47,065 bases of DNA from Actinomycetes bacterium (GCA_030610765.1 JAUWRD010000002.1:1-47065); one strand, 5' to 3'; numbered from the stretch's first letter, positions 24,827-35,263 are shown. Made by a program: numbers and translations. The notes: generated by a model not told the origin, from the sequence alone.

Positions 24827-26420
24827 GGATAATAATCGTCATCCCTTGTTTCATTTCCAAATCGGGCCCTGGATTAGACATCAAACTACCGTCTGCTAAG
24901 GCAACCGCTATAACAGTGCACCCAGTTAAGGTTCGCACGCGTAATCTACCGAGTCTTTTGTCGGCCAGTTTTTTATCCACGGGAATACTTAAAACTTTAA
25001 GTCCCTCCGCAAGAGTCGTCACATGATCGCCAATTAACATATAAGCGAGCATTTGCGCCGCGATCGTCGATAGTGAAAAGACAAAATCGGCTCCCGCTCG
25101 ATAAAGTTGATCAGTCGATTCCCTGGAATTGGCTCTGGCTAATATATGGATATCGGGATTAATTTTCCTGGCGACTAGTGTACTGAAAATATTGTCGCGA
25201 TCAATATGGCTGGCGGCAAAAAAGGATGCTGCATTCGCAATGTTGGCGCGATGTATGATCTTTTCGTCGGTCGCGTCACCCTGAATATAGTGACCACTTT
25301 TTTTTCGCGCGTCAATGATTGTGCTTGAGACGTCTTGAGAGTCGAGAACTTCCTTGATCGCCCGGCCGACATCGCCGTAGCCCGCAATCACGCAATGACG
25401 TCGCTCGGTAATTTCCGGCACCTCGATGGTGCGTGTAAGTTCCTGTAGTTTAAGTAACTCTTCTCGTCGACCAACCGCAACCAGTACGTTCTCGGCTGAA
25501 ATCATGCTCGCTGGTCCCGGCTGTAACTCTAGGTTTCCCCGGTGCCAAATACCGACTAGCGTGGCGCCGCACCGCTCCGGAATCGATGCCTCGCGCAATG
25601 TTAAACCATCAAAGGGAGACCCCGGGAAAATCGGGAATTCAATAATGAACCATTCAGAAACCAATTCACCAGCGCCAAAAAGCTCGTCGCGCCAAGAAGC
25701 AGTAGCCTTCTCTGCCAGATGTGCGCCAAGAATCTTTTTCGGCGATAGAACATGAGAAGCTCCAGCATATCTAAAGTAATGCGCGTGGCTTATATCATCG
25801 ATTACCGCGAAAATCTCGGCCTCGCTTATCCCGGAAGCCGCCAAAACGATTTCCACATTATCCTCTTCGTCTTCGCGATTCGCGATGATATACCGGGCCG
25901 CCTTCGCCCCGGCTAGAGTCAACCCTTTTACATCAGTAGGGTCACCGAGTATCGCCGGTATCCCCTTCTGCTGAAGTTCGCGGATAGTATCAATGTCATC
26001 ATCGATAACCATAAACGTGAGCGGTCCGGAAATTAAATCATCTATAAGTGACTCGACCACTTTGCTGTAGCCACAAATAATAATGTGGTCGTTCATGTCG
26101 GCGTAGTATGTTTCTGGTACCCCTCGAATACGACGCTCAAGAGCGGGGATTATCGCCACAGGAAAAGCAGCAAAGAAAAAGGCTAAGCCTGATATCTGAA
26201 TAAGAACTGAGAGGACCTGGATCGGCGCAGCCGAATAGACAAGGTCGGGTGAGACTTCTCCGGTCGTCGTCAACCTGTTAACTGTCCAATAGACGGCCTC
26301 CCAGGCAGAGACGTCTTGGCCCTCGTATACGGACATGAGCAGATAAAATAATGTCGCATAGGCAGATACAACACCGAATAAAATGCCCAGGAAGAAACGG
26401 ATAATATATCGTTGCCGCAT
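24780..26420 (-). CDS. 2TM ion channel fused to two RCK (TrkA-N/TrkA-C) domains, with a non-canonical selectivity filter
   Basis: The N-terminus has TM1, a pore helix, the filter (YWTVNRLTTTGEVSPD) and TM2. Two Rossmann-like RCK domains follow (IIICGYSKV... and VIAGYGDVGRAI...). Confidence 0.8.
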   Translation of the reverse strand: MRQRYIIRFFLGILFGVVSAYATLFYLLMSVYEGQDVSAWEAVYWTVNRLTTTGEVSPDLVYSAAPIQVLSVLIQISGLAFFFAAFPVAIIPALERRIRGVPETYYADMNDHIIICGYSKVVESLIDDLISGPLTFMVIDDDIDTIRELQQKGIPAILGDPTDVKGLTLAGAKAARYIIANREDEEDNVEIVLAASGISEAEIFAVIDDISHAHYFRYAGASHVLSPKKILGAHLAEKATASWRDELFGAGELVSEWFIIEFPIFPGSPFDGLTLREASIPERCGATLVGIWHRGNLELQPGPASMISAENVLVAVGRREELLKLQELTRTIEVPEITERRHCVIAGYGDVGRAIKEVLDSQDVSSTIIDARKKSGHYIQGDATDEKIIHRANIANAASFFAASHIDRDNIFSTLVARKINPDIHILARANSRESTDQLYRAGADFVFSLSTIAAQMLAYMLIGDHVTTLAEGLKVLSIPVDKKLADKRLGRLRVRTLTGCTVIAVALADGSLMSNPGPDLEMKQGMTIIILGYARQVREFKKRFL

Positions 26421-26433
26421 AATCTGAACCCAG

Positions 26434-27030
26434 CTAACTATTTTTGAAATGTTGGTGCAACTCCCTCAAGGCGCTTCCCCGATGACTAAGCTTGTTTTTT
26501 TCCGCAGGACTTAACTCCGCCATAGTGCGACCGTACCCATTAGGGATAAAAATTGGATCATAGCCAAAGCCAAAAGTCCCTCGGGGCGCTGTCGCGATTG
26601 TCCCCTGACATTGGCCGACGGCAGATATTGTGCGCCCGCCAGGCCAGTACAGAACCACAACTGACAAGAACCTGGCGACCCGAGACCGCTCGCCCCGAAG
26701 CGTTGCCTTGTTAAGATCATCCAAGAGTTTCGTGATGTTTTCCTCGTCTGTCGCTTTCGGCCCGGCAAACCGGGCGGATTTTATACCAGGTCTGTTTTCG
26801 AGAGCCTCGACCTCTAAACCTGAGTCGTCCGCGAGAGCAGGTTCGCCGAAGAATTGAGAAAGTGCCCCCGCTTTAAGAGTCGCGTTTTCTAAAAATGTCT
26901 GACCATCTTCAACCACTTCCGGCCATTCCGGCTGATCTTCGATAGTCACCCACTCCACACTCGAAAAATCTAGAATATCTTTTATCTCGCTAATCTTTCC
27001 TCGATTTGAGGTAGCCAGAACGATCTTCAT
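26434..27030 (-). CDS. rdgB: dITP/XTP pyrophosphatase RdgB (HAM1 family)
   Basis: Motifs present are [23 protein letters not shown] and FGYDPIF. It is coupled to rph with a 1-nt overlap. Confidence 0.93.
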   Translation of the reverse strand: MKIVLATSNRGKISEIKDILDFSSVEWVTIEDQPEWPEVVEDGQTFLENATLKAGALSQFFGEPALADDSGLEVEALENRPGIKSARFAGPKATDEENITKLLDDLNKATLRGERSRVARFLSVVVLYWPGGRTISAVGQCQGTIATAPRGTFGFGYDPIFIPNGYGRTMAELSPAEKNKLSHRGSALRELHQHFKNS

Positions 27031-27758
27031 TAGTCTACTTGAAGTAGGGCCCGGCGCTGATCCTCTATTAGTCGCGCCGTACCTGCCGTGGCCAAATCAA
27101 GCATTTCATCAAGTGCTTCTCTGGAGAAGGAGGCCTTCTCGGCTGTGCCTTGAATTTCGACAATTTCCCCCGCTGCATTCATGACCACGTTCATATCAAC
27201 GTCGGCCTCGGAATCTTCCGAGTAACAGAGATCAAGACAAGGCTTACCATCGACGATCCCCACACTTATGGCTGCCATAAAATCAGATAGCGGTATTTCT
27301 TCGATTATTTTCTTTTCTTTCAAAAACTTAAGCGCATCGTAAAGGGCGACATAAGCGCCAGTGACAGCAGCAGTTCTAGTGCCACCGTCGGCGACAATAA
27401 CATCGCAGTCGAGAATAATTGATGTCTCTCCTCCAAGCGCCTCTAAATCGATGACCGATCTCAAAGACCGACCAATCAGCCGTTGTATCTCACTCGTTCT
27501 TCCCTTTGGCCGTCCTTGCTTGACTTCTCTTCCGGTCCGCACCGTTGTGGACCGCGGCAACATGGAGTATTCCGCTGTTACCCATCCACGACCCTTACCC
27601 CGGAGCCACGGCGGAACCTTTTGCTCAACTGTCGCCGCGCAAATAACTTTGGTTTCGCCAATCTGAAAAAGGACAGATCCTTCCGCGCTTGGCAGATAAT
27701 TGCGTACTATCTCAACTGGGCGCAATTGATCAAAAGCCCGACCATCAGTTCTTTTCAC
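27030..27758 (-). CDS. rph: Ribonuclease PH
   Basis: It has [13 protein letters not shown] and is RNase PH-like throughout ([13 protein letters not shown]). Confidence 0.95.
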   Translation of the reverse strand: MKRTDGRAFDQLRPVEIVRNYLPSAEGSVLFQIGETKVICAATVEQKVPPWLRGKGRGWVTAEYSMLPRSTTVRTGREVKQGRPKGRTSEIQRLIGRSLRSVIDLEALGGETSIILDCDVIVADGGTRTAAVTGAYVALYDALKFLKEKKIIEEIPLSDFMAAISVGIVDGKPCLDLCYSEDSEADVDMNVVMNAAGEIVEIQGTAEKASFSREALDEMLDLATAGTARLIEDQRRALLQVD

Positions 27759-27801
27759 TCGTTCCTCCGTTTGTTAAATAGCTAAGTTGTTTCGTGCTTG
27801 C

Positions 27802-28548
27802 TTAGACCGCGACAATCAAGCCCTCGTCGGCCAAATCTATCTTACCATTAAACTCTAACCTGACCTCGTCAAGGATGCGACGGCGATCAAAGTGCGGCCA
27901 GAGGTGCGTTAAGACCAAATGCTCGACATTAGCCTCGGCGGCCAGCTTTCCAACCTCCGTTGTAGTCATGTGAGCGACCGGTGTACCGGCTTGATCGGCT
28001 GTTAGAGTGGCTTCCGCCAGAAGCAGATCAACTCCGGCCGCGATTTTATTAAGTTTTTCATCGTACGCGGTGTCGGATGTATAGAAGAGACTTTTTCCCT
28101 GCGCTCTGGCTTCTATGCCATAGGTCGGTTTTAGGTGCGAAACCTCGTGACTGATTATTTCAATGTCCCCTATCTTTATGGGCGAAGCCCCGCCAAGATC
28201 CTTGAAACTGAAAATTTTGCTGAACTTCGCTGGATCAGGCTCATTAAACAAACGTTGAATATATTCACGAGCCCCGGATGGAGCATAAACCGCTAGCGGT
28301 AGCTTGCCCTGGCCGCAAAACTCCAAGAAATATCGATAGGGGTAAATATCCAGGAAATGATCAGGATGAAGATGCGTAATGATTAGAGCGTCAAGATCCT
28401 CCGGCGCCAACCATTCGTACAAGCGACTTAAGACTCCCGTGCCCATATCAATTAAAATATTTGTCTTGTCGTCGCGAACCAAGTAACCATTGCAAGCACC
28501 GCCCGCTCTGGGAAAAGTCCCAGAGGCGCCAACTACAACTACCTCCAC
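27802..28548 (-). CDS. MBL-fold metallo-hydrolase
   Basis: It has the HxHxDH motif (THLHPDH) and a later conserved His/Asp pattern. Specificity is not assignable. Confidence 0.75.
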   Translation of the reverse strand: MEVVVVGASGTFPRAGGACNGYLVRDDKTNILIDMGTGVLSRLYEWLAPEDLDALIITHLHPDHFLDIYPYRYFLEFCGQGKLPLAVYAPSGAREYIQRLFNEPDPAKFSKIFSFKDLGGASPIKIGDIEIISHEVSHLKPTYGIEARAQGKSLFYTSDTAYDEKLNKIAAGVDLLLAEATLTADQAGTPVAHMTTTEVGKLAAEANVEHLVLTHLWPHFDRRRILDEVRLEFNGKIDLADEGLIVAV

Positions 28549-28563
28549 AAAATCACCGGAACC

Positions 28564-29031
28564 TCACAACTCTTTTCCGACGCCCGGCCTGATTAGAATT
28601 CGCGAATTCAAGATCAAGAGAAGGAGAGGCAAGCCAAGCCCGTAGATGACAATTATTTCACCTACGGATATAGTGGCGATCAAAAAAAACAGAGCTTCGG
28701 GCACGGGCACAGCCACCAAGTATTTCAGCATAACCGCCACCCCGATACCATTAATGAGAACCGGAGGGATAAGCGCGAAATATGGATTTCGTATTCGCCA
28801 TGTTAACCAAGCCGCAACCAGCGTCAGGCTCGAACCGAAAACAACGTCGATTAAACCAAATGGTCCATAAAAATTGGCCGTCGCCGCGCCTAACCATAGG
28901 CCGGGAATGGCCGCCGGCTCGAAATAAGCGAGAACAGTCAGGACCTCGGATACTCTAAACTGAAGTGGCCCATAAGATATAGCGTTCAGGCCCGGGGTAA
29001 CCGTTAAAACAAAGTATAATGCTGCTATCAA
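28564..29031 (-). CDS. queT: QueT-family membrane protein (queuosine-precursor ECF S-component-like)
   Basis: This is a 155-aa protein with five hydrophobic segments. The N-terminal AALYFVLTV...ISYGPLQFRVSEVLTVL matches my recollection of the QueT family. Confidence 0.6.
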   Translation of the reverse strand: MIAALYFVLTVTPGLNAISYGPLQFRVSEVLTVLAYFEPAAIPGLWLGAATANFYGPFGLIDVVFGSSLTLVAAWLTWRIRNPYFALIPPVLINGIGVAVMLKYLVAVPVPEALFFLIATISVGEIIVIYGLGLPLLLLILNSRILIRPGVGKEL

Positions 29032-29041
29032 GCCCGCCCGA

Positions 29042-29908
29042 CTAAGATACTGTGCGATGACGAGTCCTCTTCGCTAGCTCAACTAGTTCTACCTCGGTGA
29101 TCTTTCGACCGAGGAACCGGCTGCCTAACAACATAAAACCATTTGGATCAAGTGTGGTTACAAACGTATATTCTGGTAATTCCATGCTTTCCCTTAACTG
29201 TCCCCGCCTGCTTAAGACGGTCTGAACCTCGCGGGCCGTTTCTTCCGCTGAGCTGATTAGTACAATATCGTTCCCGCTAGCCTTGGCAAGCAAACTCTTT
29301 AGAAGCGGATAATGTGTGCACCCCAAAATCAAGCTGTCAATTTCAACCCTGAGCAATGGCGTTAAGTAAGACTTAGCAAGATTATATGTCTTCGGCCGTA
29401 AGAAATTAGCATCTGATATCATGCCTTTTTCCACTATCTCCACAAACTTTGGACAAGAGGCTGAATAGACAGTTACTCCGGCATCTAATGCTCTTATAGC
29501 TTTCGAATAAGCGTCACTATTAATCGTACCCACGGTCCCGATAACACCAACGCGACGATCTCTAGTTGCCTGCACGGCACCACGTGCGCTTGGTTCGATG
29601 ACCCCCACGATCGGAACATCAAAATGTGCTTGAGCTTCGATCAGCCCCGCTGCGGTTGCGGTGTTACATGCAACTACAACAAGTTTTACCTTGCGCTCAA
29701 CCAGGTAATTTATTATTTCAAAGACAAATCCCCTGACTTCCTCAAGAGGCCGGGGACCATAAGGCACGCGAGCTGTATCTCCAAAATATATCAAGTTTTC
29801 ATACGGCAACTGCTCAATTATCTCTTGCATAACCGTTAAGCCGCCGACGCCTGAATCAAATATCCCAACCGGGTTGTCCAAGACCCCTCCTGACCGCAAC
29901 CCTATCAA
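29042..29908 (-). CDS. murI: Glutamate racemase MurI
   Basis: Motifs present are FDSGVGGLTV, VVACNTA and LGCTHYP, which carry the two catalytic Cys residues. Confidence 0.95.
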   Translation of the reverse strand: MIGLRSGGVLDNPVGIFDSGVGGLTVMQEIIEQLPYENLIYFGDTARVPYGPRPLEEVRGFVFEIINYLVERKVKLVVVACNTATAAGLIEAQAHFDVPIVGVIEPSARGAVQATRDRRVGVIGTVGTINSDAYSKAIRALDAGVTVYSASCPKFVEIVEKGMISDANFLRPKTYNLAKSYLTPLLRVEIDSLILGCTHYPLLKSLLAKASGNDIVLISSAEETAREVQTVLSRRGQLRESMELPEYTFVTTLDPNGFMLLGSRFLGRKITEVELVELAKRTRHRTVS

Positions 29909-29930
29909 AAACTTATCTTAAGCTTAGTGC

Positions 29931-30890
29931 TTAACGCTCAGAGCTTCCGCGCCTGACAAGATGAACAATGCTGTCGCCACGACTAATGATTGGCTCTTTT
30001 CTAATATATATCACATGGCCGTCACCGGGGGCGACTATTTCGATCGGCTCTCCAAAAAGCGGCTCTACTTCACCTATCCGTTGGCCCGTCTCAACTGGAT
30101 CGCCTAAAGAGACGTCTAACGTGACAAAGCCGCCTTCAGGAGCAACCACTAATTTTTTCTCTGTGAATAGCTTCTGGTTGTCTAAAGTTTTAGTATCTTC
30201 CGGTATTAAATCGACACCTCTAAAGAAATTCATCAAACCGTCAACCATGCGCTCGCAGGTCTCATAGTCAATATCTAAAGATTGGCCCACCTGCAGCGAG
30301 AAGGCCGGAACGCTATGTCTCTCTGATGCCCCGATTAAAGTTCCGTGATCGCGATGGACCAGAACGACTGATCCGGTATTGAAATAAGACGCGAGCTCAA
30401 ACCGTCCCTGTTCAACAACGCCTACATTTGGTAGATAAGATCCCGGACCGCCACTATGAATATCAATGACAAAGTTAGATTTGCTAAAAATCTCTTCAAA
30501 GAGCATAGCCCCTGCCAAGGAAGTTGGGTGACGCTCGCTAGGCACATCATAGCTTCTGTTCATGTCGATCTGATCAAGCACACTAACCCGGGATTTTTGA
30601 AGAAATGAGAACGGGTTAGCTATCGGCAGGATTACCAAAGTCCCTGTGAGATCTTGGAGCTCTACCTCCTCGAATAAGCGATGGGCAACAAAGATGCCGT
30701 TCAATTCATCGCCATGCTGGCCGGCTACAACAGTTACTACCGGGCCTTGCTTCTTGCTGGCGATAATCGCCGCGCGTGTAGTCCAGCTAGACCCATCTTG
30801 TAAGTCGAAAAGGTGAAGACGCACGACCTCTTTAGTGCGCCGCCAGTTAAGAATATTCAGTTTTTTAATGTCTATATTTTGTTCGCGCAT
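29931..30890 (-). CDS. Succinylglutamate desuccinylase/aspartoacylase (AstE/AspA, M14-like) family zinc hydrolase
   Basis: It has the HGDELNG zinc motif, IDIHSGG and a C-terminal beta-rich domain. Confidence 0.7.
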   Translation of the reverse strand: MREQNIDIKKLNILNWRRTKEVVRLHLFDLQDGSSWTTRAAIIASKKQGPVVTVVAGQHGDELNGIFVAHRLFEEVELQDLTGTLVILPIANPFSFLQKSRVSVLDQIDMNRSYDVPSERHPTSLAGAMLFEEIFSKSNFVIDIHSGGPGSYLPNVGVVEQGRFELASYFNTGSVVLVHRDHGTLIGASERHSVPAFSLQVGQSLDIDYETCERMVDGLMNFFRGVDLIPEDTKTLDNQKLFTEKKLVVAPEGGFVTLDVSLGDPVETGQRIGEVEPLFGEPIEIVAPGDGHVIYIRKEPIISRGDSIVHLVRRGSSER

Positions 30891-31327
30891 TACCCTCTTA
30901 TCTCGTCACTTACTACTTTAATTACGACATAACGACGACGGGGTCCATCAAATTCACAAAGGTATACCCCTTGCCAAGTACCGAGGACTAATGAACTGTC
31001 ATCAACAAACAAACTTTCAGAAAAACCGACTAGGCTGGCTTTTACGTGCGCGTCTGAATTGCCCTCATTGTGATGGTAATCTTTTGAAAATGGAACTATC
31101 CGGGTCAGCTGTTCGATGATATCGACGCGTACATCAGGATCTGCGTTTTCATTTATTGTAAGCCCGGCGGTTGTGTGAAGGACCTGTATCAGGCAAAGAC
31201 CGCTCCGCACACCTGATCCGGTCACAATATCCTCAACTTGAGAGGTAATGTCCACCATTTGGTTTCGACTCGACGTCTCCACCAAGAAGCGCTTAATCAA
31301 TTGTTCCTCCAGATCAACCAGAGTCAA
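30890..31327 (-). CDS. yjbQ: YjbQ/UPF0047 family protein (secondary thiamine-phosphate synthase-like)
   Basis: It has HTTAGLTINENADPDV and NSDAHVK. The start is uncertain: the TTG at 31327 has no SD, while the TTG at 31300 is preceded by GGAGGA. Confidence 0.8.
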   Translation of the reverse strand: MTLVDLEEQLIKRFLVETSSRNQMVDITSQVEDIVTGSGVRSGLCLIQVLHTTAGLTINENADPDVRVDIIEQLTRIVPFSKDYHHNEGNSDAHVKASLVGFSESLFVDDSSLVLGTWQGVYLCEFDGPRRRYVVIKVVSDEIRG

Positions 31328-31637
31328 TTTTCTACAAGAAAAAAGCCCGAGCTAGCGTTAACCTACAGTGTCTGACCCTAAGGTAAAACTTTCTACATCC
31401 TGTCGACAATTCTTATGTAGTTCAAGAGAACTGCAATCGAACCATCGAACTCCGGATGGGCCATGTAAGTGGAGAAGGTTCAGTTTCCCTTTAGGCCAAC
31501 GGCTTAGCCGAGCTTATTTCTCTTTTATACCTCTCACGAGTACATTGTACCAAATTCAGAGCAGGAAAGACATAGGAAATTGCTTAGACAGATGGGGTTT
31601 ATGATGATATATTTAATAGCTTGAGGAGGTTATTGTT

Positions 31638-31862
31638 ATGCGTGAAAAAGTCGAAGAAGTACTAGAACAAATTAGACCTCATCTCCAGGCAGATGGCGGA
31701 GATGTCGAATTGGTAGATATTAAAGATGGCATCGTCACAGTCAGGCTTACCGGGGCTTGTAACGGTTGCCCGATGTCGCAGATGACATTAAAGAATGGCG
31801 TCGAGCGAGTCCTAAAAGAGAACATTCCTGAGATTAAGAGCGTCGAATCAGCCATAGCTTAA
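31638..31862 (+). CDS. nfu: NifU C-terminal-domain (Nfu-type) Fe-S cluster carrier
   Basis: It has the 74-aa segment IRPHLQADGGDVELV...LTGACNGCPMSQMTL with a CxxC motif. A strong SD (GAGGAGG) precedes the ATG. Confidence 0.9.
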   Translation: MREKVEEVLEQIRPHLQADGGDVELVDIKDGIVTVRLTGACNGCPMSQMTLKNGVERVLKENIPEIKSVESAIA

Positions 31863-31882
31863 AGGTTAGTTTTGGTCGAGTT

Positions 31883-33802
31883 TTAGATGGTCGCGGCTAC
31901 ACGTAGGGCGGCTCTGAGCGCGTGCCCGACGCTTCCCGGCTCTTCGGCGTCGCCAATCAAGTACACGTTCTTAACCACACCCTGTAAATCGTGATAGAGT
32001 TCTCGTCTTGAATTCATCCCAATTGCGCAGATAACTGTATCGGCATCAATGGTTTTTTCCTGCCCATCTTGGCCTGTGGCCTTAACTGTATTTGTCGTAA
32101 TCGCGCTGGCGCCATGATCAGTTAACAAAACAACCCCTTTTGCCGACAAACGTCCTAGAAGCTCTGTCCTAGGTAGCGATTTCATCCTAGGCAGAAGCTC
32201 GCTTAGCATCTCAACAACCACAACCCGGCTGCCACTATCAACTGCGGTTTCAGCGACCTCGCACCCGACTTCACCGCCCCCGCTACCTACCACATTCGCG
32301 CCAGGCTTCACTCGCTTCTCTAAGTATTCGTGCGCTTGAAAGACGTGCTCCTGATCAAATCCCGGCATGACCGGGATCCGTGATTCTGAGCCGGTGGCAA
32401 GTATTACAGAATCAGGTTGGGCATCGATAATTTCTGCTGCTGAAACAGGATGATTCAGGCTGACCTTAACCTGTGATTTATCAAGCTGAACCTCTAGCCA
32501 ACGCAACACTTCGCTGACCTCCCCTTTATAGGGAGCCAACGCGGCCAAACGAAACTGGCCGCCTAGATGGCCGCATTTTTCAAACAAACTTACTACATGC
32601 CCTCGCTCAGCCGCGATAAGGGCCGCTTGCATGCCGGCGGGCCCACCCCCGATCACCCAAACTTGATCGGAATCCACCGCGCCTGTAATTCTTATCTCGT
32701 CTTCAAGTCCGGCCAAGGGATTATTTACACACGCGCGCCCGAGCCCCTTAACTCCTTTGTCAGCGCAATCTTCCAGACAATATATACATCCCCTGATATC
32801 CTCAACCTGTCCGGCTTGCGCCTTGTTCGGTAGCTCAGGGTCGGTTATTAATGCTCTTGTCATGGCCACTAAGTCAGCGTCGCCTTCTTCTAGTATCCGC
32901 TCAGCCAGGTCCGGGGTGCTAATCTTGCCCATCGCGATGACCGGTATATTGACAACCGATTTTATCGCCTTGGCATGCGGCACTGAAACTCCGGCCGGAA
33001 GAGAATGAGAAGGTATTGAATGTTTTTTTGTCTTCTTGTTCCCGACAGTAACCAGGATTGAGTCCGCCCCGACGCGCTCAAGGCTGCCGGCGACTGTTTT
33101 TGCCTCTTCCAGGCCAAAACCTCCGGGAATCAGCTCGTCAACGACTAGCTTAATTTGCACGGGGAAATTGTCACCGGTATCTTTTCTTATCTCCGAAACA
33201 ATCTCAAGTAAAAGACGAGATCTATTCTCTAGCGAGCCGCCATAGCTATCCGTTCGTTTATTTGACAGCGGTGATAAGAATTGGGCTACAATATCGCCCC
33301 AGCTAGCTTGAACCTCCACGCCGTCGTAGCCGATCTCTCTAGCCCGCGCCGCGCCTGTCCCGAATATCTTCGACAGGCCTTTGACGCGATCTTCATCGCC
33401 GGCAGAAATGAGTGGAAGCATCCAGCGACCTTTTTTCTCAATAGCGCCGGAAGTACCCTCAGACACTATCGGGCCGGCTGGATAATTCAGATGCATAAAA
33501 GCAAGCGCGCCCTCACTTTTTACAGCGCTGATCAATCGCTTGAGGCTAGCAGCATGATCTTCGGTATCCATCCGCAGCTCAACGGCTCCCTTATAAGCGG
33601 CCGGGTAATCAAGACACGCGCCGTCAAGCACAATCATGGCCGCCCCACCCTTAGCCCGAGCTCGAAAGAACTCAATAAGACGATCGTTTGCCTGGCTATC
33701 AGTCGTATATTTTGTTGGATAAAGCGACATAGTCAGCCGGTTACGTAATTGAAGGCCACCGATTCGCGTGGGCTCGAACAGTTTTGGAAAAGTTTTCTTC
33801 AT
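31883..33802 (-). CDS. NADH:flavin oxidoreductase, OYE/2,4-dienoyl-CoA-reductase-like (TIM-barrel FMN, 4Fe-4S Cys cluster and FAD/NAD(P) domains)
   Basis: It has an OYE-like N-terminus (LFEPTRIGGLQLRNRL), a Cys cluster (CIYCLEDCADKG...ACVNNP) and a dinucleotide fold (VIGGGPAGMQAA). The start codon abuts the gatA stop. Confidence 0.85.
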   Translation of the reverse strand: MKKTFPKLFEPTRIGGLQLRNRLTMSLYPTKYTTDSQANDRLIEFFRARAKGGAAMIVLDGACLDYPAAYKGAVELRMDTEDHAASLKRLISAVKSEGALAFMHLNYPAGPIVSEGTSGAIEKKGRWMLPLISAGDEDRVKGLSKIFGTGAARAREIGYDGVEVQASWGDIVAQFLSPLSNKRTDSYGGSLENRSRLLLEIVSEIRKDTGDNFPVQIKLVVDELIPGGFGLEEAKTVAGSLERVGADSILVTVGNKKTKKHSIPSHSLPAGVSVPHAKAIKSVVNIPVIAMGKISTPDLAERILEEGDADLVAMTRALITDPELPNKAQAGQVEDIRGCIYCLEDCADKGVKGLGRACVNNPLAGLEDEIRITGAVDSDQVWVIGGGPAGMQAALIAAERGHVVSLFEKCGHLGGQFRLAALAPYKGEVSEVLRWLEVQLDKSQVKVSLNHPVSAAEIIDAQPDSVILATGSESRIPVMPGFDQEHVFQAHEYLEKRVKPGANVVGSGGGEVGCEVAETAVDSGSRVVVVEMLSELLPRMKSLPRTELLGRLSAKGVVLLTDHGASAITTNTVKATGQDGQEKTIDADTVICAIGMNSRRELYHDLQGVVKNVYLIGDAEEPGSVGHALRAALRVAATI

Positions 33803-35263
33803 CTAACCCGCTAATTCCGGAGTTATCTTGAAGTCAACTTCTTTCTCTAGCGCGCGAGCCGCGCTGAGTATCGTCGACTCATCAAAGTGCTTCCCCATTA
33901 TTTGAAGGCCGACCGGCAAACCCCCAGCGAGCCCAACAGGTATTGAAATCGCTGGTATGCCAGCGAGGTTGCTTGGAATAGTGCAGACGTCTGAGAGATA
34001 CATCTGCAGCGGATCGTCTGTCTTGGCGCCAATTTCAAATGCGGTTGTCGGTGTTGTCGGAGAAATCAAGAGATCAAATTTCTCAAAGGCGTCTGTAAAA
34101 TCCTTAATAATCAATGTGCGAACTTTTTGCGCTTGACCGTAGTAGGCATCATAGTAACCAGCGGTGAGAGCGTATGTACCCAACATGATCCGGCGTTTGA
34201 CCTCAGACCCGAACCCCTCAGCTCGCGTTTTTTTGTATGAATCGATCATGCCCTCCGCGTCTTTTGCCCGGTGCCCGTAGCGAACTCCGTCAAATCTCGA
34301 CAGATTCGAGCTCGCCTCGGCAGGCGCTATTATATAGTAAGCTGGCAGCGCGTATTCAAAAGTCGACAGACTTGTCTCTGCTACCTCGCCACCCAAGGAT
34401 TCGATAAGTTTAATCATGTTTTGAATAGAATCGCGAATCTCGTCTTGGCAGCCCTCACCAAAAAGCTCTTTTGGTATTCCAAACTTAAGCCCCTTTATCC
34501 CCTTCTTTAGGCTATCCAAATAGTTTGGCGGTTGGTATTCAAGCGACGTCGAATCGGAAGTGTCGTGACCGGTAATGGCCTGGAGCATTATCGCCGCGTC
34601 TGTAACATTCTTCGTCAGCGGCCCGATTTGATCAAGGGACGAAGCAAAGGCAACCAGTCCGTATCTTGAAACTAAGCCATAAGTTGGCTTCAACCCGACA
34701 ACACCACAGAAAGCCGCGGGTTGTCTAATTGAGCCGCCAGTATCGGAGCCAATCGCCCCGATAGCTTCATCGGCGGCAACTGAAGCCGCAGAGCCACCGC
34801 TTGAACCGCCCGGCACGCGTTTTAAGTCCCATGGGTTCCCCGTCACTTGTTTTTCCGAGTTTTCTGTTGAAGAGCCCATGGCAAACTCATCGAGATTTGT
34901 CTTGCCGACAATAACGGCTCCCTCGCCCTTTAGCGCCTTAATAACTGTAGCGTCGTAAGGCGGAACAAAGCCATTTAGTATTTTGGAAGCGCAGGTAGTT
35001 GGCACGCCTTTGGTGCAAATATTATCCTTAACAGCGACCGGTACGCCCAAAAGAATTGGACCGTCTTTCTCTGTCGCCAAGCGTTTATCAGCCTCTTTTG
35101 CCTGTGCCAAAGCCCCTTCTCTATCAATAAAGAGGAAAGCCTTAACTTGGCCGTCAACTTTTTCTATCCGATCCAGGATTGATTTGGTCAACTCGACCGA
35201 AGTTATTTCTTTCGCTTTTAACTTGGCCGCAGCTTGCTCAATGGTTAGCTTGTATAAATCCAT
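33803..35263 (-). CDS. gatA: Asp/Glu-tRNA(Asn/Gln) amidotransferase subunit A
   Basis: It carries the amidase signature [12 protein letters not shown] and is GatA-like throughout. Confidence 0.95.
   Translation of the reverse strand: MDLYKLTIEQAAAKLKAKEITSVELTKSILDRIEKVDGQVKAFLFIDREGALAQAKEADKRLATEKDGPILLGVPVAVKDNICTKGVPTTCASKILNGFVPPYDATVIKALKGEGAVIVGKTNLDEFAMGSSTENSEKQVTGNPWDLKRVPGGSSGGSAASVAADEAIGAIGSDTGGSIRQPAAFCGVVGLKPTYGLVSRYGLVAFASSLDQIGPLTKNVTDAAIMLQAITGHDTSDSTSLEYQPPNYLDSLKKGIKGLKFGIPKELFGEGCQDEIRDSIQNMIKLIESLGGEVAETSLSTFEYALPAYYIIAPAEASSNLSRFDGVRYGHRAKDAEGMIDSYKKTRAEGFGSEVKRRIMLGTYALTAGYYDAYYGQAQKVRTLIIKDFTDAFEKFDLLISPTTPTTAFEIGAKTDDPLQMYLSDVCTIPSNLAGIPAISIPVGLAGGLPVGLQIMGKHFDESTILSAARALEKEVDFKITPELAG

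Noticed and set aside
31435-31443. GGTTCGATT on the minus strand, resembling a tRNA T-loop.
   Set aside because: The flanking sequence cannot form a T-stem, an acceptor stem or an anticodon arm, so it is not a tRNA or a tmRNA end.
31368-31604. A 78-aa plus-strand ORF in the yjbQ-nfu intergenic region.
   Set aside because: It has no SD, an odd Cys/Arg/Ser-rich composition and no family resemblance. I treated the region as non-coding.
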